A stretch of 64,000 bases of DNA. Source: Candidatus Latescibacterota bacterium (GTDB lineage: Bacteria; Latescibacterota; UBA2968; GCA-2709665). Numbering within the stretch: position 1 is the first letter of the stretch; every line of letters starts with the position of its first letter. Positions 25,399 through 36,042 of the stretch are shown piece by piece. The stretch is from the NCBI GenBank assembly GCA_965205485.1, contig OZ242180.1:3232001-3296000 (forward strand), given 5' to 3'. The position numbers and the translations under genes were made by a program. A model generated the notes under the pieces. That model saw only the letters and a list, made by a program, of their open reading frames with translations, had not been told where the DNA came from and did no database searches.

Positions 25399-27525
25399 TC
25401 AGTCGGGTACCGCGAGGCCTTCCTGTGCCTGTACGTCCCGGGCGAGGTCCTTTTCGACGACCGTCTCTCCTTGCCGCACGCGCGTGATGTGACCGCCGGT
25501 CTCAGCCCTTGCCGCGAACGAAACGAAGATCTCCTCATCGGAATCGCTGAAGCTGAGTTCCACATTGCCCGCGGTCACGGTGGCCTTCGCGTCTTTCATC
25601 GAGCAGAGGGATTGATCGCCAACCTGTATGAGATGCAGGAAGAGGTCCTCCTTCCGGGCCGTGCCGGGTCTGACTTCCATCCGCCATCGGCCCATCAGCT
25701 CGGGGACCTCCTCGTAGTGCATTCTGCCAATCGGGTATTTGTTTTCAACGATGAGCTTCGAAGGGCCGGCGTCGATCGCATAGTTGACGCCGTCGGCCAT
25801 GAATTCCCTGCCGGGTCCGCCAACCTTTTCGAGAGTGGCGTTTTCGGGTAAGAATGTCCGGACGAGAATGCGTCCCCGGTCCTGATCCGACCTCCATGTG
25901 TTGCCATCGACCCTGGGCTCGTTGGCGTGGTGCATGAGCCAGGTTTTGGCGTAATCGGCGCGGGTGGACGTGACGCGATCGAACACGACGAAATGGTCCG
26001 GCGGGAGAAAGATGAACTGACGGACCATAAGCGCGCATTTTTCGGCATTGTAGACCGGGGTGGCGTCCGCGGCGACGTAGGTGAAGTGGGGGTTGGTTTC
26101 GAAGGCGGTTATTTCGGAACCGACGGTTTTGTTCTGCCCGCCCGCCTGTCCGAAGACCTCGCCGTTCCAGTACGGCGATGGCGCCTCGCCGGGCATCTTG
26201 ATCAATATACAATTGTGGGCGACGGTCTGCGCGTAGTAGTTCTGCAGGTTGTCGGTATTGCCCATGCGGGTGCCGCTGTCAAGGGCGAGGAATCCCTTTT
26301 TGAAGATCGTGAAGTGCGTGGCGTCATAGTGGCGGTGGCTTCTAAGGCTGCCCCCACCGCAGAAGAGGGCATACGTGTCGTCTCCGCCGGAGCCGGAACG
26401 CATGAAGATCTGACCCAGGTTTTCGAAGTGGCGGGCGGGCGGCAGGATGTCCGGCCCCGCGGCAGGCGGCGCGCTGTCCAGACCGTCGAGCAGAAACGGG
26501 TAGACGGGCCACTTGTCCAGAGGAAAGCCGCCGCCGGCCATGTCCCGTATGTATCGCGCGAGTCCGGCCCATTCCGGATGGGTCTGTCCGAACAGGTGCA
26601 TGATGTGCGACATATGCGTGTACATCCAGTTCGTCCGCATGCTGTTGTCAGTATGCGTGTTGTCGCCGTAACCGAACTCGAGGCCTCCGGGCAGCCAATT
26701 CCAGATCACGTAGTTGGGAAACATCCGGATGTGCGGCCAGTCGCCGGATATGTCATCACCTGTCGACGATTGAAGGGTATGGATGAAATTCCACTGCGCC
26801 AGCGGGTATTCGCCGAACGCGTATCCGAGCGTGGGCGAGGCTTCGCCGCCGTCGTCGCCGCACGCTGACGCGCGGTGAACCAGCAGCTTGACGTGGTCGT
26901 CATAGCCCTTTTCAAGAAAACGGGCTGCCCGGTTGTCGTCGATGCGTTCTTCGTGGAGAACGAGCCCCGCGAACCAGGCCAGGCTCGGCGCACCGTAGAA
27001 TCCGCTCCGGTGGTCCGAGCCATTGCGGCGGCGGATGCCGGGTTTGTGAAGCGCTTCGTCCACGTGGTCGAGCAGACGCAGGGCGATCTCCCGCCGGTCA
27101 CTGGCCGCGAGGTCGTTCCAGATCCAGTCCAGGGTTACAAGGCACGCGGCGCGGCTGGCGGCGTACCAGTTTACGGACTCGTTTTCGGCGTAACAGGCGT
27201 GGTAGTATTCAGCGCTGGCGCGCAGTTCGGAGGCGAGTCGAGCCAGCCTTTCGGGGGCGGGCTCCAGGAGATAGACGATGGCCGAGCACATCATCCGGTG
27301 GCCCCAATCCCGGACTTCCGTGCCGTCGGGCAGCGGCGGCAGACGGTCGATGACGGCCCATCCCGTGTCCGGCGGACCCGCATCGGCGAAGGACCTGACC
27401 TTGAGATAATGATCCCTGTCGACGGTCGACGCACGGGTACGGACTGCCGGGAGGGTGTCGCGGTTGATGAAGATCCGCGGGTGGTCCGGGCGTATTCGGG
27501 TAATCCAGTCAGGGTCGGTTTTCAC
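25399..27525 (-). CDS. heparinase II/III-family polysaccharide lyase-like protein
   Basis: HPRIF N-terminus, FMRSG, H.HYD..HF.I, LALDSG, YY.QTVAHN, FVVFDRV motifs; no signal peptide. Confidence 0.8.
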   Translation of the reverse strand: MKTDPDWITRIRPDHPRIFINRDTLPAVRTRASTVDRDHYLKVRSFADAGPPDTGWAVIDRLPPLPDGTEVRDWGHRMMCSAIVYLLEPAPERLARLASELRASAEYYHACYAENESVNWYAASRAACLVTLDWIWNDLAASDRREIALRLLDHVDEALHKPGIRRRNGSDHRSGFYGAPSLAWFAGLVLHEERIDDNRAARFLEKGYDDHVKLLVHRASACGDDGGEASPTLGYAFGEYPLAQWNFIHTLQSSTGDDISGDWPHIRMFPNYVIWNWLPGGLEFGYGDNTHTDNSMRTNWMYTHMSHIMHLFGQTHPEWAGLARYIRDMAGGGFPLDKWPVYPFLLDGLDSAPPAAGPDILPPARHFENLGQIFMRSGSGGDDTYALFCGGGSLRSHRHYDATHFTIFKKGFLALDSGTRMGNTDNLQNYYAQTVAHNCILIKMPGEAPSPYWNGEVFGQAGGQNKTVGSEITAFETNPHFTYVAADATPVYNAEKCALMVRQFIFLPPDHFVVFDRVTSTRADYAKTWLMHHANEPRVDGNTWRSDQDRGRILVRTFLPENATLEKVGGPGREFMADGVNYAIDAGPSKLIVENKYPIGRMHYEEVPELMGRWRMEVRPGTARKEDLFLHLIQVGDQSLCSMKDAKATVTAGNVELSFSDSDEEIFVSFAARAETGGHITRVRQGETVVEKDLARDVQAQEGLAVPD

Positions 27526-27542
27526 AAAGAAATTCCAACGCT

Positions 27543-29486
27543 CTAATGCGGCTGTTCAGGCGTAAGGCGCCAGAGCCCATGCCCACTGGCAAAAAGGATC
27601 CCGTCGCCTGCGGCGGCCAGAATCGGGTTCTGGCCGGGGCCGGCCGTGTGTACGATGGTGAACTCCGCGGTTGCGGGGTCGAGCCGGACGATGCGGTTGC
27701 CGTGGGTGAAGAAGAGATCCCCATTCGCAACCGCCACCATCGGCCGGTTGTGGGGTCTGCCGCCGGTGAACGGATTGCCGATGCGGCTGGCGTCGCAATC
27801 CGACAGGCGAATGACGAATAGGCGGCTGCCCCCGTCGTGGTCGTCGGTCCAGAAAAAGACGCCGCCGGCGCTGCATCCCATCGTAATGAGACTGCGGGCG
27901 CCGTCGATTTCCCGTTCGTGCAGGACGGTCTCGGTTTCCGGATCGAAGACCAGGAAGCGGGCGTTGCCGCGGGCGGGCCGGATATAGCCGTCCGCGATGA
28001 TGCTGGTGCCGACGTACACGTGATCCGGGCCCGCGGCCAGGCCCAGAACGGAATGGTCGGGTACCAGGTGCCGGTACGACCTGTGGCTGTTGTCATCGGG
28101 ATTGACGACGGTAAGCGCGCCGCCCCGGGCCCCGTAGTCCGGCATGGATCCAATATAGAGCCTGTCTCCCGGACCATTGAGAATGCCGGTGACGGGGCGG
28201 TATTGTTCGTCGCCCATCGGTCCCAGATTCCGGGGGTTGTCGCCCTCTGCCGGACCCGGACGCCAGGGTCGTCCCGGATCATATACCGTCAGGACGTTAT
28301 GGGTGTAGGAGATGCTGTAGATACAGCCGCGGGCTTCGGCGCTGCCGTAGATTTCGCCGGAACCGTTGTATGTCAGGCCCAGCACGTCCGCCCGTTTCGT
28401 TTCCGGTTCCACGCGCGTGAGGGAAAGGCCCAGATGGGCCGAGCAGAAGATGTCTCCGGAAGCCGCCGGCAGGATGGAGAAGATGCCGATGGGAGGATTC
28501 TCGATCTCGGTCCTGTGGAGATCGAGTTCGGCGGTCCTGATATCGCAGATGCCGTAATACTGCGAATGGCCGGCGAAGAGGACCCGATGCTCGTCAACGA
28601 AATAGTAGTTGCCGCGGCTTGGAACGTTAGGAATGCGGCAGACGAGGTCGGCCGTGTGCGATGTCAGGTCGATGGCGTAGATGTACCCGTCGTCCACGCT
28701 CATGAAAGGGCGCCCGTCCGGCGAGGCCATCAGGTTACGTCCGGAGGTGATCGCCGTCTTTACGACGAACGAGCCGAGGAAGCCCAGGTCCAGCGCGGAG
28801 AATCGACAGATTTCAATGCCGCCCTCAGGGTCGCCGAGGGAGACAAGGAACTCATCTCCGAGCCGCAGGAAGCCGCTGTAGGCATCCGGCCGCCCCGTGA
28901 GGTGGGGAGGCGACGCGACGACGACGTCCCCGGTGCGGGGGTCGAGGGCATAGACGCCGTGCTGAAGGCCGTTGAGAATGCCGATGTGTCCGCCGTCGGT
29001 AACGCAGGCGGCGAAAAGCTGATGGTTGCTTTCCGCCACGGGGAATTCCCTGTATTCGCCGGTGCCCCGGTCGAAACTCACGCAGTTGCCGGAGGGGTAC
29101 CCTGGCATGTACAGCAGACCGTCCGGTCCTTCGACCACGTCCGTGAGGTGTGAGTTCTTCGTGGACGGGCGATGGGGCGGGACGCCTTCCCAGGACTCGG
29201 TCGTCGGGTTGAAACAGGCGAGTTGCCCCGGCCCGTTCATCCCGAACCAGAGCCGGTTGTCGGAAAGGAGACGGACCTTCCACGTCCCCCGTCCTTCAGG
29301 CTGGGCGAATGACGCATATTCGTGGCGCTCGAAGTCAGTGCGTACCAGAGCCGGCGGCCGGCCCGGTACCGCGGAAAACATGGACTGGTAGAGAACGCGG
29401 CGGCCAAGCCTGGGATCGAAGACGAGCTCCCCGGTGGAATTGGAGGGCGCCAGGAAAGGGACGTCGCAGATTTTCGAAGCGTTCAT
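27543..29486 (-). CDS. hypothetical beta-propeller protein
   Basis: 647-aa ORF with repeated GPDG.LY / YDP-type blades, tightly packed in the operon. Confidence 0.65.
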   Translation of the reverse strand: MNASKICDVPFLAPSNSTGELVFDPRLGRRVLYQSMFSAVPGRPPALVRTDFERHEYASFAQPEGRGTWKVRLLSDNRLWFGMNGPGQLACFNPTTESWEGVPPHRPSTKNSHLTDVVEGPDGLLYMPGYPSGNCVSFDRGTGEYREFPVAESNHQLFAACVTDGGHIGILNGLQHGVYALDPRTGDVVVASPPHLTGRPDAYSGFLRLGDEFLVSLGDPEGGIEICRFSALDLGFLGSFVVKTAITSGRNLMASPDGRPFMSVDDGYIYAIDLTSHTADLVCRIPNVPSRGNYYFVDEHRVLFAGHSQYYGICDIRTAELDLHRTEIENPPIGIFSILPAASGDIFCSAHLGLSLTRVEPETKRADVLGLTYNGSGEIYGSAEARGCIYSISYTHNVLTVYDPGRPWRPGPAEGDNPRNLGPMGDEQYRPVTGILNGPGDRLYIGSMPDYGARGGALTVVNPDDNSHRSYRHLVPDHSVLGLAAGPDHVYVGTSIIADGYIRPARGNARFLVFDPETETVLHEREIDGARSLITMGCSAGGVFFWTDDHDGGSRLFVIRLSDCDASRIGNPFTGGRPHNRPMVAVANGDLFFTHGNRIVRLDPATAEFTIVHTAGPGQNPILAAAGDGILFASGHGLWRLTPEQPH

Positions 29487-29508
29487 TCAAGGATTCCTTC
29501 TGTCAATT

Positions 29509-31258
29509 TCAAGATACCTCAAAACCGCGGCCGTCGACGCGAATCCCGCAACCCCGTTCGCGCAACGTAACGGCGGGCGGCGTATCGCCCTTCGCAAATA
29601 CCCACCAGACACAGGGCGCGGACGGGTCCGCGCTCGCACGGAGCGTGAGATGGCCCCTGGATCCGGGAAGCCGGTCAACGTCTTCGTCCGTGATTCGCGC
29701 CTGGGGCGAGCCGATCCAGAGCGTAAGGTCGGGCGTGTAGACGCGCGCCAAATTGTCCTGCACCCACCAGGCGGCGTCCGGGTGTCCGTGCCAGCAATAC
29801 GTGATGGTCTCAACCGAACCGCCCTGTACCTGGTCGGCGACGACCACCAGATCTCTTTCTGAAAGCCACAGCGTTCTGACGACCCGCTCCAACGCCAGCC
29901 CGGCGGGATATCCGGCCGCCATGTCCAGCTCCGCCATATGCGTCGTTCCGCTGCGCTGCCGCAGATCGACCCGCCGGTCGGCCGGCTTCTCGGTCTGGGC
30001 CATCCCGTTGATGACGGGCGCATTGTGCGCCGTGGCACCCAGGGTGAATTCGCGTTCTCTCTTCTTCATATACTGCTGATAGCCCGGGTCCGATAGCGGC
30101 CAGGCCCCGGACGCCGATGACGATGGACCCGTTGTCGTTCTGAATGTGGCCCATTTTCGAGTTGCTCGCCGCCATGGCCACGGCCATGTCGTCCGATTCC
30201 CATCCGCTCCTGAGTACGACAGCGTAGTGCGCATCGATAGCCCCCGCTCGGGGCGGTTCACATGGGTGTTCGCCGCCAACCCCGTGGAGCGCCGCCAGGG
30301 CGTCTGCGCGCAGCCGGCGAAGGCCGCAGCGCTTCAGGTACCAGCCCGTACGCGGCGACGCACGGTACCGGTACAGTTTGGCGTGGCCGGATATATGGAA
30401 CGGCATCTCCCGGGGCTCCGCGTCGCTCAACTGGGCGAAATTCGCGACGTCGCCCGGCGCACCGAGCGCGATGGACTCGTCCAGGACGTCGCCGAAACGA
30501 GGATGGTCCATCAGGGCGCCCCGTCTGGCCGGGGAGATCGTCCCCAGCCAATCTGCGGCGAAGTCCAGAATGTATCCGTCATAGCCGACGCCTTCCGAAT
30601 GACCGGTCTCGCGCAGGTCCAGGATCGCCCCCAGGAGCGCTTCCAGCCTGCGGTTCAGCGCATCGGCGGACGGATGCGAAATCCCGTTTGCGGCAAGGGC
30701 GAGGCCGACCGTTCCGATGAACGGGATGTTGTGCAGCGCGGTGTGGGGTTCTTCCAGCGCGAGGATATCGTCCTTGCTGTCAAACGCGCCGTGCGTGGCG
30801 TCGGACAAAGGGAGCGTGTCTTCGATATGGCGGTGAAACGCGCCCTCGATCTTCCGCCGCAGGCGCGGGGGCAGCCAGTCCCACCGGGCGAGGGCCTGCC
30901 AGAGGATGCGCAGCGCGTGACCCGAACTCAGGTCGGGCGTCGGCAACTGCCGGTAGCACGGCCAATCGGCCAGCGCGTCCAGATCCGAAACGGCCGATCG
31001 GCGCGCCTGCTCATCGCCGAACCAGGACGCCGCCCACCCCAGGCTCAGGATCCGCTCCTCCAGGCTCCATGTCATCCAGATGGACCATGGATACGCCTTG
31101 ATGCCGGGGATCGGCAATCCGGGCAGGTAGATCTCCCGGATCGGGAGGGGATACGCGATTTTCCGTCGGACCCGGTAATAGTCGGCGATCAGATGCGTCT
31201 GGGACTTGTAACCGTCGGCGCGCCGGCGAATCTCGGTTTCGATATGCTCCCGCTGCAT
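29509..31258 (-). pseudogene. heparinase II/III-like gene split by a frameshift near 30100
   Basis: Frame 1 reads ...VVLRSGW..MGHIQNDNGSIVIGVRG; the protein continues in another frame as WPLSDPGYQQY...AHNAPVING...LVVVADQV to the stop at 29509. Confidence 0.7.
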
Positions 31259-31270
31259 CGACACTCCTGG

Positions 31271-32635
31271 TCAATGGTCGTATTTCTCCGGACCCCAGTC
31301 GATTACCTGATGCTGCTGCTTCAGGATGACGGCTTTGTGAGGCGGCGCGTTTTTCATCAGAACCACGCCGGGACCGACCATGGCGCCGGGCCCGACGATG
31401 CGGCCCGGCATGAGTATGGTTCCCACACCGGTGCGCGCGTAGTCGCCGAACAGGGCGCCCGAAAAACCGGGCGCCGGATGGCGGACGCCCTTCACTTCAA
31501 CCTGCGTCGGCCCGTCGTCGAATCGGAGCGTGCCCACCTGGGTGCCGGCGCCGAATTCCGCGCCTTCCCCGTAGATGCCGGCAATCTGCATCTGGTGGGT
31601 GATGCGGCCGCCCGCCAGAATGACGCCGCTGAATTCTCCGAGGAAGGTGATGTGATTGTTGCGGTCGACGAATCCCGATACCTTCGCGAAGGGCCCGATC
31701 CGGCAGTCGTCTCCGATGACCGTGTGCGAGGCAATCTGGGAGCCCTCGAAAACGTGCGTGTTTCTGCCGATCCAGGCGGGCCCGCTGATACGGGCCCCGC
31801 GTGAGATGGCCGCGCCCTCGTCGACGAACACCGGGCCGTCGATGTGCGCGTCGGGATCGACCCTTGCGGTGCCGGCGATACTGGAGTCCTCGAGACGCCG
31901 GGCCATTTCCTCCGCGGCCAGACGGCAGACCGCCAGCGGCTCCCAGGGCATGTCCATATCGAAGCAGACGCCGTCGGCGCGGACGGCGGCCGCGGGCCGG
32001 CCCTCCCGGTTCATGAGCGCCAGGGCCTCGGCGATTTCGTGGCCCTCCGGAGGCGTGACGCCGTTTTGCACGCCGGTTGCAAAATCCGGAGTATTGCCGA
32101 GGTCCTGAAGTGCGTCGTTCCGGAATACGAAAAGGCCGGACAGCGCCGTCCCGGTGGAAGACCGGGGCTTCCAGGTGTAATCGACGACATTTCCCACGGT
32201 ATCGGTTTCAATGCGGATGCGCCGGTTGAGCTGTTCGCTGTGGTGGACGGCGGCGACCGACCGGCCGGAGAAGCCGTCCAGGAGTTGAGTAAGGACCGTC
32301 GGTTCAAAGAAGAGGTCGCCGTACGCGACAAGGAAGTCGTCTCTCCCGATAAATCCTGCGGCGGCGCAGACGGCGTGTGCCGTGCCGAGTTGCTCCGGCT
32401 GTTCAATATAGGCGATTTCGCATTCGAACCGGCGGCCGTCGGAAAAATGGCTGCGTATCCTTCCGTCTCGATGGCCGACAACAATGCCGACGTCCGTGAT
32501 GCCCACCGCCACGATTCGCTCCAGGACCCATTCCAGCAGCGGCCGGTTGCAGATGGGAAACATGGGTTTGGGCCGGTAGTGGCTGAAGGGATGGAAGCGA
32601 TCGCCTTTGCCGGCGGCCAGGATGATGGCTTTCAC
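31271..32635 (-). CDS. GlmU-like sugar-1-phosphate nucleotidyltransferase/acyltransferase
   Basis: AIILAAGKGDRF.P..RPKP, EQ.EQLGTAHAV, C-terminal hexapeptide repeats; GTG start uncertain (32635 or 32641). Confidence 0.82.
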   Translation of the reverse strand: MKAIILAAGKGDRFHPFSHYRPKPMFPICNRPLLEWVLERIVAVGITDVGIVVGHRDGRIRSHFSDGRRFECEIAYIEQPEQLGTAHAVCAAAGFIGRDDFLVAYGDLFFEPTVLTQLLDGFSGRSVAAVHHSEQLNRRIRIETDTVGNVVDYTWKPRSSTGTALSGLFVFRNDALQDLGNTPDFATGVQNGVTPPEGHEIAEALALMNREGRPAAAVRADGVCFDMDMPWEPLAVCRLAAEEMARRLEDSSIAGTARVDPDAHIDGPVFVDEGAAISRGARISGPAWIGRNTHVFEGSQIASHTVIGDDCRIGPFAKVSGFVDRNNHITFLGEFSGVILAGGRITHQMQIAGIYGEGAEFGAGTQVGTLRFDDGPTQVEVKGVRHPAPGFSGALFGDYARTGVGTILMPGRIVGPGAMVGPGVVLMKNAPPHKAVILKQQHQVIDWGPEKYDH

Positions 32636-32702
32636 GTGCAAACTCCCGGAAATACGGTTCGTTGGTATGAATGCGGTTCGGGCGCGGACGGTACCGGATA
32701 CG

Positions 32703-33593
32703 CTACCGGATGGGCTCCGGATCGATAGGGATCACTGGCACGTCGGTGAGATCCTCCGCAAAGACGATCTGGCCTTCGAAGATGCGCGCGGCCTCGGCCA
32801 CGAGGCGCTCCCGGACGCCTGGCGGCTCCAGCTGTTCGGTAACGTGGGTCAGGACGAGCGTGCCGACGCCCGCCTCGCGGGCGGTCCGGGCGGCGTCCAG
32901 GTGTCCGGAACAGCAGCCCGTGATGCGCGGGTCCAGTTCCACGTCGTTGATCAGGTGGCACATATGGATGAGCACGTCCGCGCCCCGCGCCAGGTCTGTG
33001 AGGCGGCTCGTGGGCGCCGTATCTCCGCCGAAGACGATCGTCCCGTAGGGGGTGTCCAGCCGGTAGGCCAGGCACGTGAGCTGTGGTTGAACATGCAAGA
33101 CTTCGGCCGTTTCGAGCCGCCAGTTCCCGGCCTGAATGCTCGAGCCGTCCGCCACTTCGGTGACGACGGGTTCGGGCCGTTTCCGGGGAAGGATCCCGCC
33201 CCGACGTTCGTACACGAATTCGCTTCCCGGATGCCGTGTTCTCGCCTCGAGGTCCGGCCCGAAGGCGCCGTCGCAGCCCAGGAGCCTTTCCGTCATGCGT
33301 TTCAGCGGTGCCGGCCCGTAGACGTGGAGCTCGGGGATCTTTCCCGCGCCCTGGTCCCACCGTGTAAGCACGATACACGCGTAGTCCACGCTATGATCGT
33401 AGTGGAGGTGGGTAAGAAAGAGACGCGTCAGCGCTTCGGGCGGCGTCTCTGCTTCGAGGAGGCGCCTTGCTATACCCGGGCCGCAGTCGAACAGCAGGAC
33501 TTCCTCGTCGAACGTCACGAGATAGCCGGAGCCCGCGCGATGCGCGAGCGGGGTGGGGGTTCCGGTGCCAAGAAGGGTCAGTTTCAGAGACAT
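32703..33593 (-). CDS. MBL-fold hydrolase (RNase Z/arylsulfatase-like)
   Basis: LLGTGTP, FDCGPG, THLHYDH, GGDT, LVLTH motifs. Confidence 0.85.
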   Translation of the reverse strand: MSLKLTLLGTGTPTPLAHRAGSGYLVTFDEEVLLFDCGPGIARRLLEAETPPEALTRLFLTHLHYDHSVDYACIVLTRWDQGAGKIPELHVYGPAPLKRMTERLLGCDGAFGPDLEARTRHPGSEFVYERRGGILPRKRPEPVVTEVADGSSIQAGNWRLETAEVLHVQPQLTCLAYRLDTPYGTIVFGGDTAPTSRLTDLARGADVLIHMCHLINDVELDPRITGCCSGHLDAARTAREAGVGTLVLTHVTEQLEPPGVRERLVAEAARIFEGQIVFAEDLTDVPVIPIDPEPIR

Positions 33594-33619
33594 GAGACGG
33601 GTATCCGTAGTCTTCGCGT

Positions 33620-34639
33620 TTACCGGTCCACGTCGGCTTCGAAGTGGCGGATGAGGGGGGCGAGTTCGATCCAGAATGCCTCGGGTATATCGACGTCACC
33701 CGCGCTGGCGTTGACCCGGGCTTCGGCCGGTACGCGTGCACCGGGTATGGTGGCAGCCACCTTGGGGTGACGCGTGCACCACTGCAGAGCCGCGGCAACC
33801 AGCGGTACGTCGTGGCTCGCGCACAGGTCCTGGATTCTTGCAACCTGGTCCAGGCAATTCGGGCTGAAATTTCGGGCGAGGTAGTTGATGCCGTCCACGG
33901 GGCCCGTGGCGAGCAGGCCGCGTTCAACCGGCGTGGCAATCACGAGACCCACGTCATGCTTGACTGCCGCCGGCAGGATCCGGTCTTCCGCAAGCTGATT
34001 GATCAGGCTGAGCGCCTCGGGAACCACGGCGGCATCGAACTCTCCGGTTTCGATGTACCGGGCGTTGGTGTGGGGGTCGTTGGTGGCGGTGCCGACAAAA
34101 CGCGTGACGCCCGTATCCTGGAGTCTTCGAAGGGCGCCGAGGGCACGGTCCTTCCCCATGACTTCATCGATGGGTACGTCCATGGCATCGTGGATATAGA
34201 GAACGTCGAAGGCGTCGATTCCCAAACGCCGCCGGCTCTCCTCCACCTGCCGCATGACGGCGTCGTAGGAATGGTCCAGACCCGCCGCCGTCTGCCCGAC
34301 CTTCGTGGTGACCGTACACCGTTCCGCGAGGTCGGGACGCTGCCGCAGGGCCTCGCCGATAATGGATTCGCTGTTGCCCGAACCGTACAGCGGGGCGGTA
34401 TCGATGAGGGTGGATCCCGCTTCGATCGCCGCATGCACCGTTGCAATTCCCAGTTCGATTTCCATATGGCTGGAACGCCCGGAGGCTTCGCCGGAAGACG
34501 TGGGCGGATCCGCTGTCCATGATTCCATGAAATCGTATTCGGTTGCCGCGCGGTTCGCGTCAGCAATGCCGATAAAGCCTGTACCCAGGCCCACGATGGG
34601 GACTTCCAGGCCGGTTCGGCCGAGTCTTCCGGTCTTCAT
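33620..34639 (-). CDS. aldo/keto reductase
   Basis: LGRTGLEV..GLGT, IDTAPLYG, TKVG, LYIHD, IPGA motifs. Confidence 0.9.
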   Translation of the reverse strand: MKTGRLGRTGLEVPIVGLGTGFIGIADANRAATEYDFMESWTADPPTSSGEASGRSSHMEIELGIATVHAAIEAGSTLIDTAPLYGSGNSESIIGEALRQRPDLAERCTVTTKVGQTAAGLDHSYDAVMRQVEESRRRLGIDAFDVLYIHDAMDVPIDEVMGKDRALGALRRLQDTGVTRFVGTATNDPHTNARYIETGEFDAAVVPEALSLINQLAEDRILPAAVKHDVGLVIATPVERGLLATGPVDGINYLARNFSPNCLDQVARIQDLCASHDVPLVAAALQWCTRHPKVAATIPGARVPAEARVNASAGDVDIPEAFWIELAPLIRHFEADVDR

Positions 34640-34843
34640 CGGCGGGCCTCACAGATGATTGGGATTGCGGAGTCGGCGCCGGACTTTCAGGGCCGCGTTC
34701 GGTGCGGCGTCCAAGATAGCATGCGCCCGTTACGGGCGCAACAGGCTTCTGGTCACCGGTCAATATCCTTATTCCGCGCTTGCCTTTGGTCACCGGGGGT
34801 ATTATCATAATTCCGTTCTGCGCCGGTACAGTTTCAACCCTAC

Positions 34844-35002
34844 CAGCCCGTTGAAAAATCCATCCGGGCTACGGCCGGCCCTTGCGGTCGAAAACCTGCG
34901 TTGCGCTCCCTCGCCGAATCACAGGATGGGACTCGGTCGCGCGCCTTGCCTTCGGCCACAATGGCTCGGCCTCGCCTGCAGAGCGACTTTATCAACGGAC
35001 TG
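34844..35002. mobile_element. MITE (~159 bp)
   Basis: TIRs CAGCCCGTTGAAAAA / TTTATCAACGGACTG (13/15 match), flanked by a CTAC direct repeat (34840-34843, 35003-35006). Confidence 0.7.
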
Positions 35003-35024
35003 CTACGCCATCAAGGAGGCGGGT

Positions 35025-35990
35025 ATGCGAAATCGATATTGGTGCGCGGTGGTTGCGGGATGCGTGATCGCAATCACCCCGGCCCTCGCGGAGAAAGCGG
35101 CCGAAGGAGACAGATGGTGGCCCTCGGAGTGGGGACCGGAAGATCAGCGGGGAGCGGCAAACCGGCTGACGCCGCAGAAGGTAATGGCGGCCGCGAAATT
35201 GATCCGGACGGGAAAGACCTACCAGCTCGGACGGGTATACGAACCGGGCATTCCGCTTTTCGGCAACCGTCACTACAGTCTGACCATTCCCGGCTCGCCA
35301 ACCGGAGGCCCCGTCGGCGAGAACCAGCTGATCTGGTACGACGAGATGTTCAGCGGCGAGATCGGACAGGTGGGGACCCAGTTCGACGGATTGGGTCATA
35401 TCGGTACCCGTAAAGGCGACCAGGACGTCTTTTACAATGGATTTACACGGTCTCAGGTAGGGACGGCTTACGGACTCGAGAAACTCGGAATCGAAAACGT
35501 CGGAGTGATCTTTACCCGTGGCGTGCTGGTGGACGTGGCGAAGTACAAGGGGCTGGAGCGGCTGGAGGTGGGCTACGTGATCAGCGCGGCCGACATCGAG
35601 GGGGCCTTGAAAAAGCAGGCGGTGGCGGTCACGGAAGGCGACATCGTGCTGATCCGCACGGGCCACGGAAAACTGTGGATGGTCGACAACGAGACCTACA
35701 ACTCGGGCCAGCCAGGCATCGGTCTGGAAGCCGCGCGTTGGCTGCTTGAGAGGAAGATCGTCATGGTCGGCGCCGATACCTGGGCGGTCGAGGCTGTGCC
35801 CGGTGAAGACGCGGAAGGCGCATTCCGCGTGCACGAGTTGCTGATCCAGCGTAACGGGGTCTATATCCTTGAGAACCTGGACCTGGACGGCCTGGCGGCG
35901 GACGATGTTTACGAGTTCGCGTTCGTATTTGCGCCGCTGCGGCTGAAGGGCGCTACCGGGTCACCGGGAAATCCGTTCGCAGTCAGGTAG
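35025..35990 (+). CDS. secreted cyclase-family (kynurenine formamidase-like) protein
   Basis: Signal peptide ALA|E; WGPEDQRGAAN, GTQFDGLGH, TRGVLVD, VLIRTG, GATGSP; AAGGAGG RBS. Confidence 0.85.
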   Translation: MRNRYWCAVVAGCVIAITPALAEKAAEGDRWWPSEWGPEDQRGAANRLTPQKVMAAAKLIRTGKTYQLGRVYEPGIPLFGNRHYSLTIPGSPTGGPVGENQLIWYDEMFSGEIGQVGTQFDGLGHIGTRKGDQDVFYNGFTRSQVGTAYGLEKLGIENVGVIFTRGVLVDVAKYKGLERLEVGYVISAADIEGALKKQAVAVTEGDIVLIRTGHGKLWMVDNETYNSGQPGIGLEAARWLLERKIVMVGADTWAVEAVPGEDAEGAFRVHELLIQRNGVYILENLDLDGLAADDVYEFAFVFAPLRLKGATGSPGNPFAVR

Positions 35991-36042
35991 ACCGTTCCTG
36001 GTTCGACCGTGTGCATGTGCGGTCGCGCGCAACGGTACAGAT

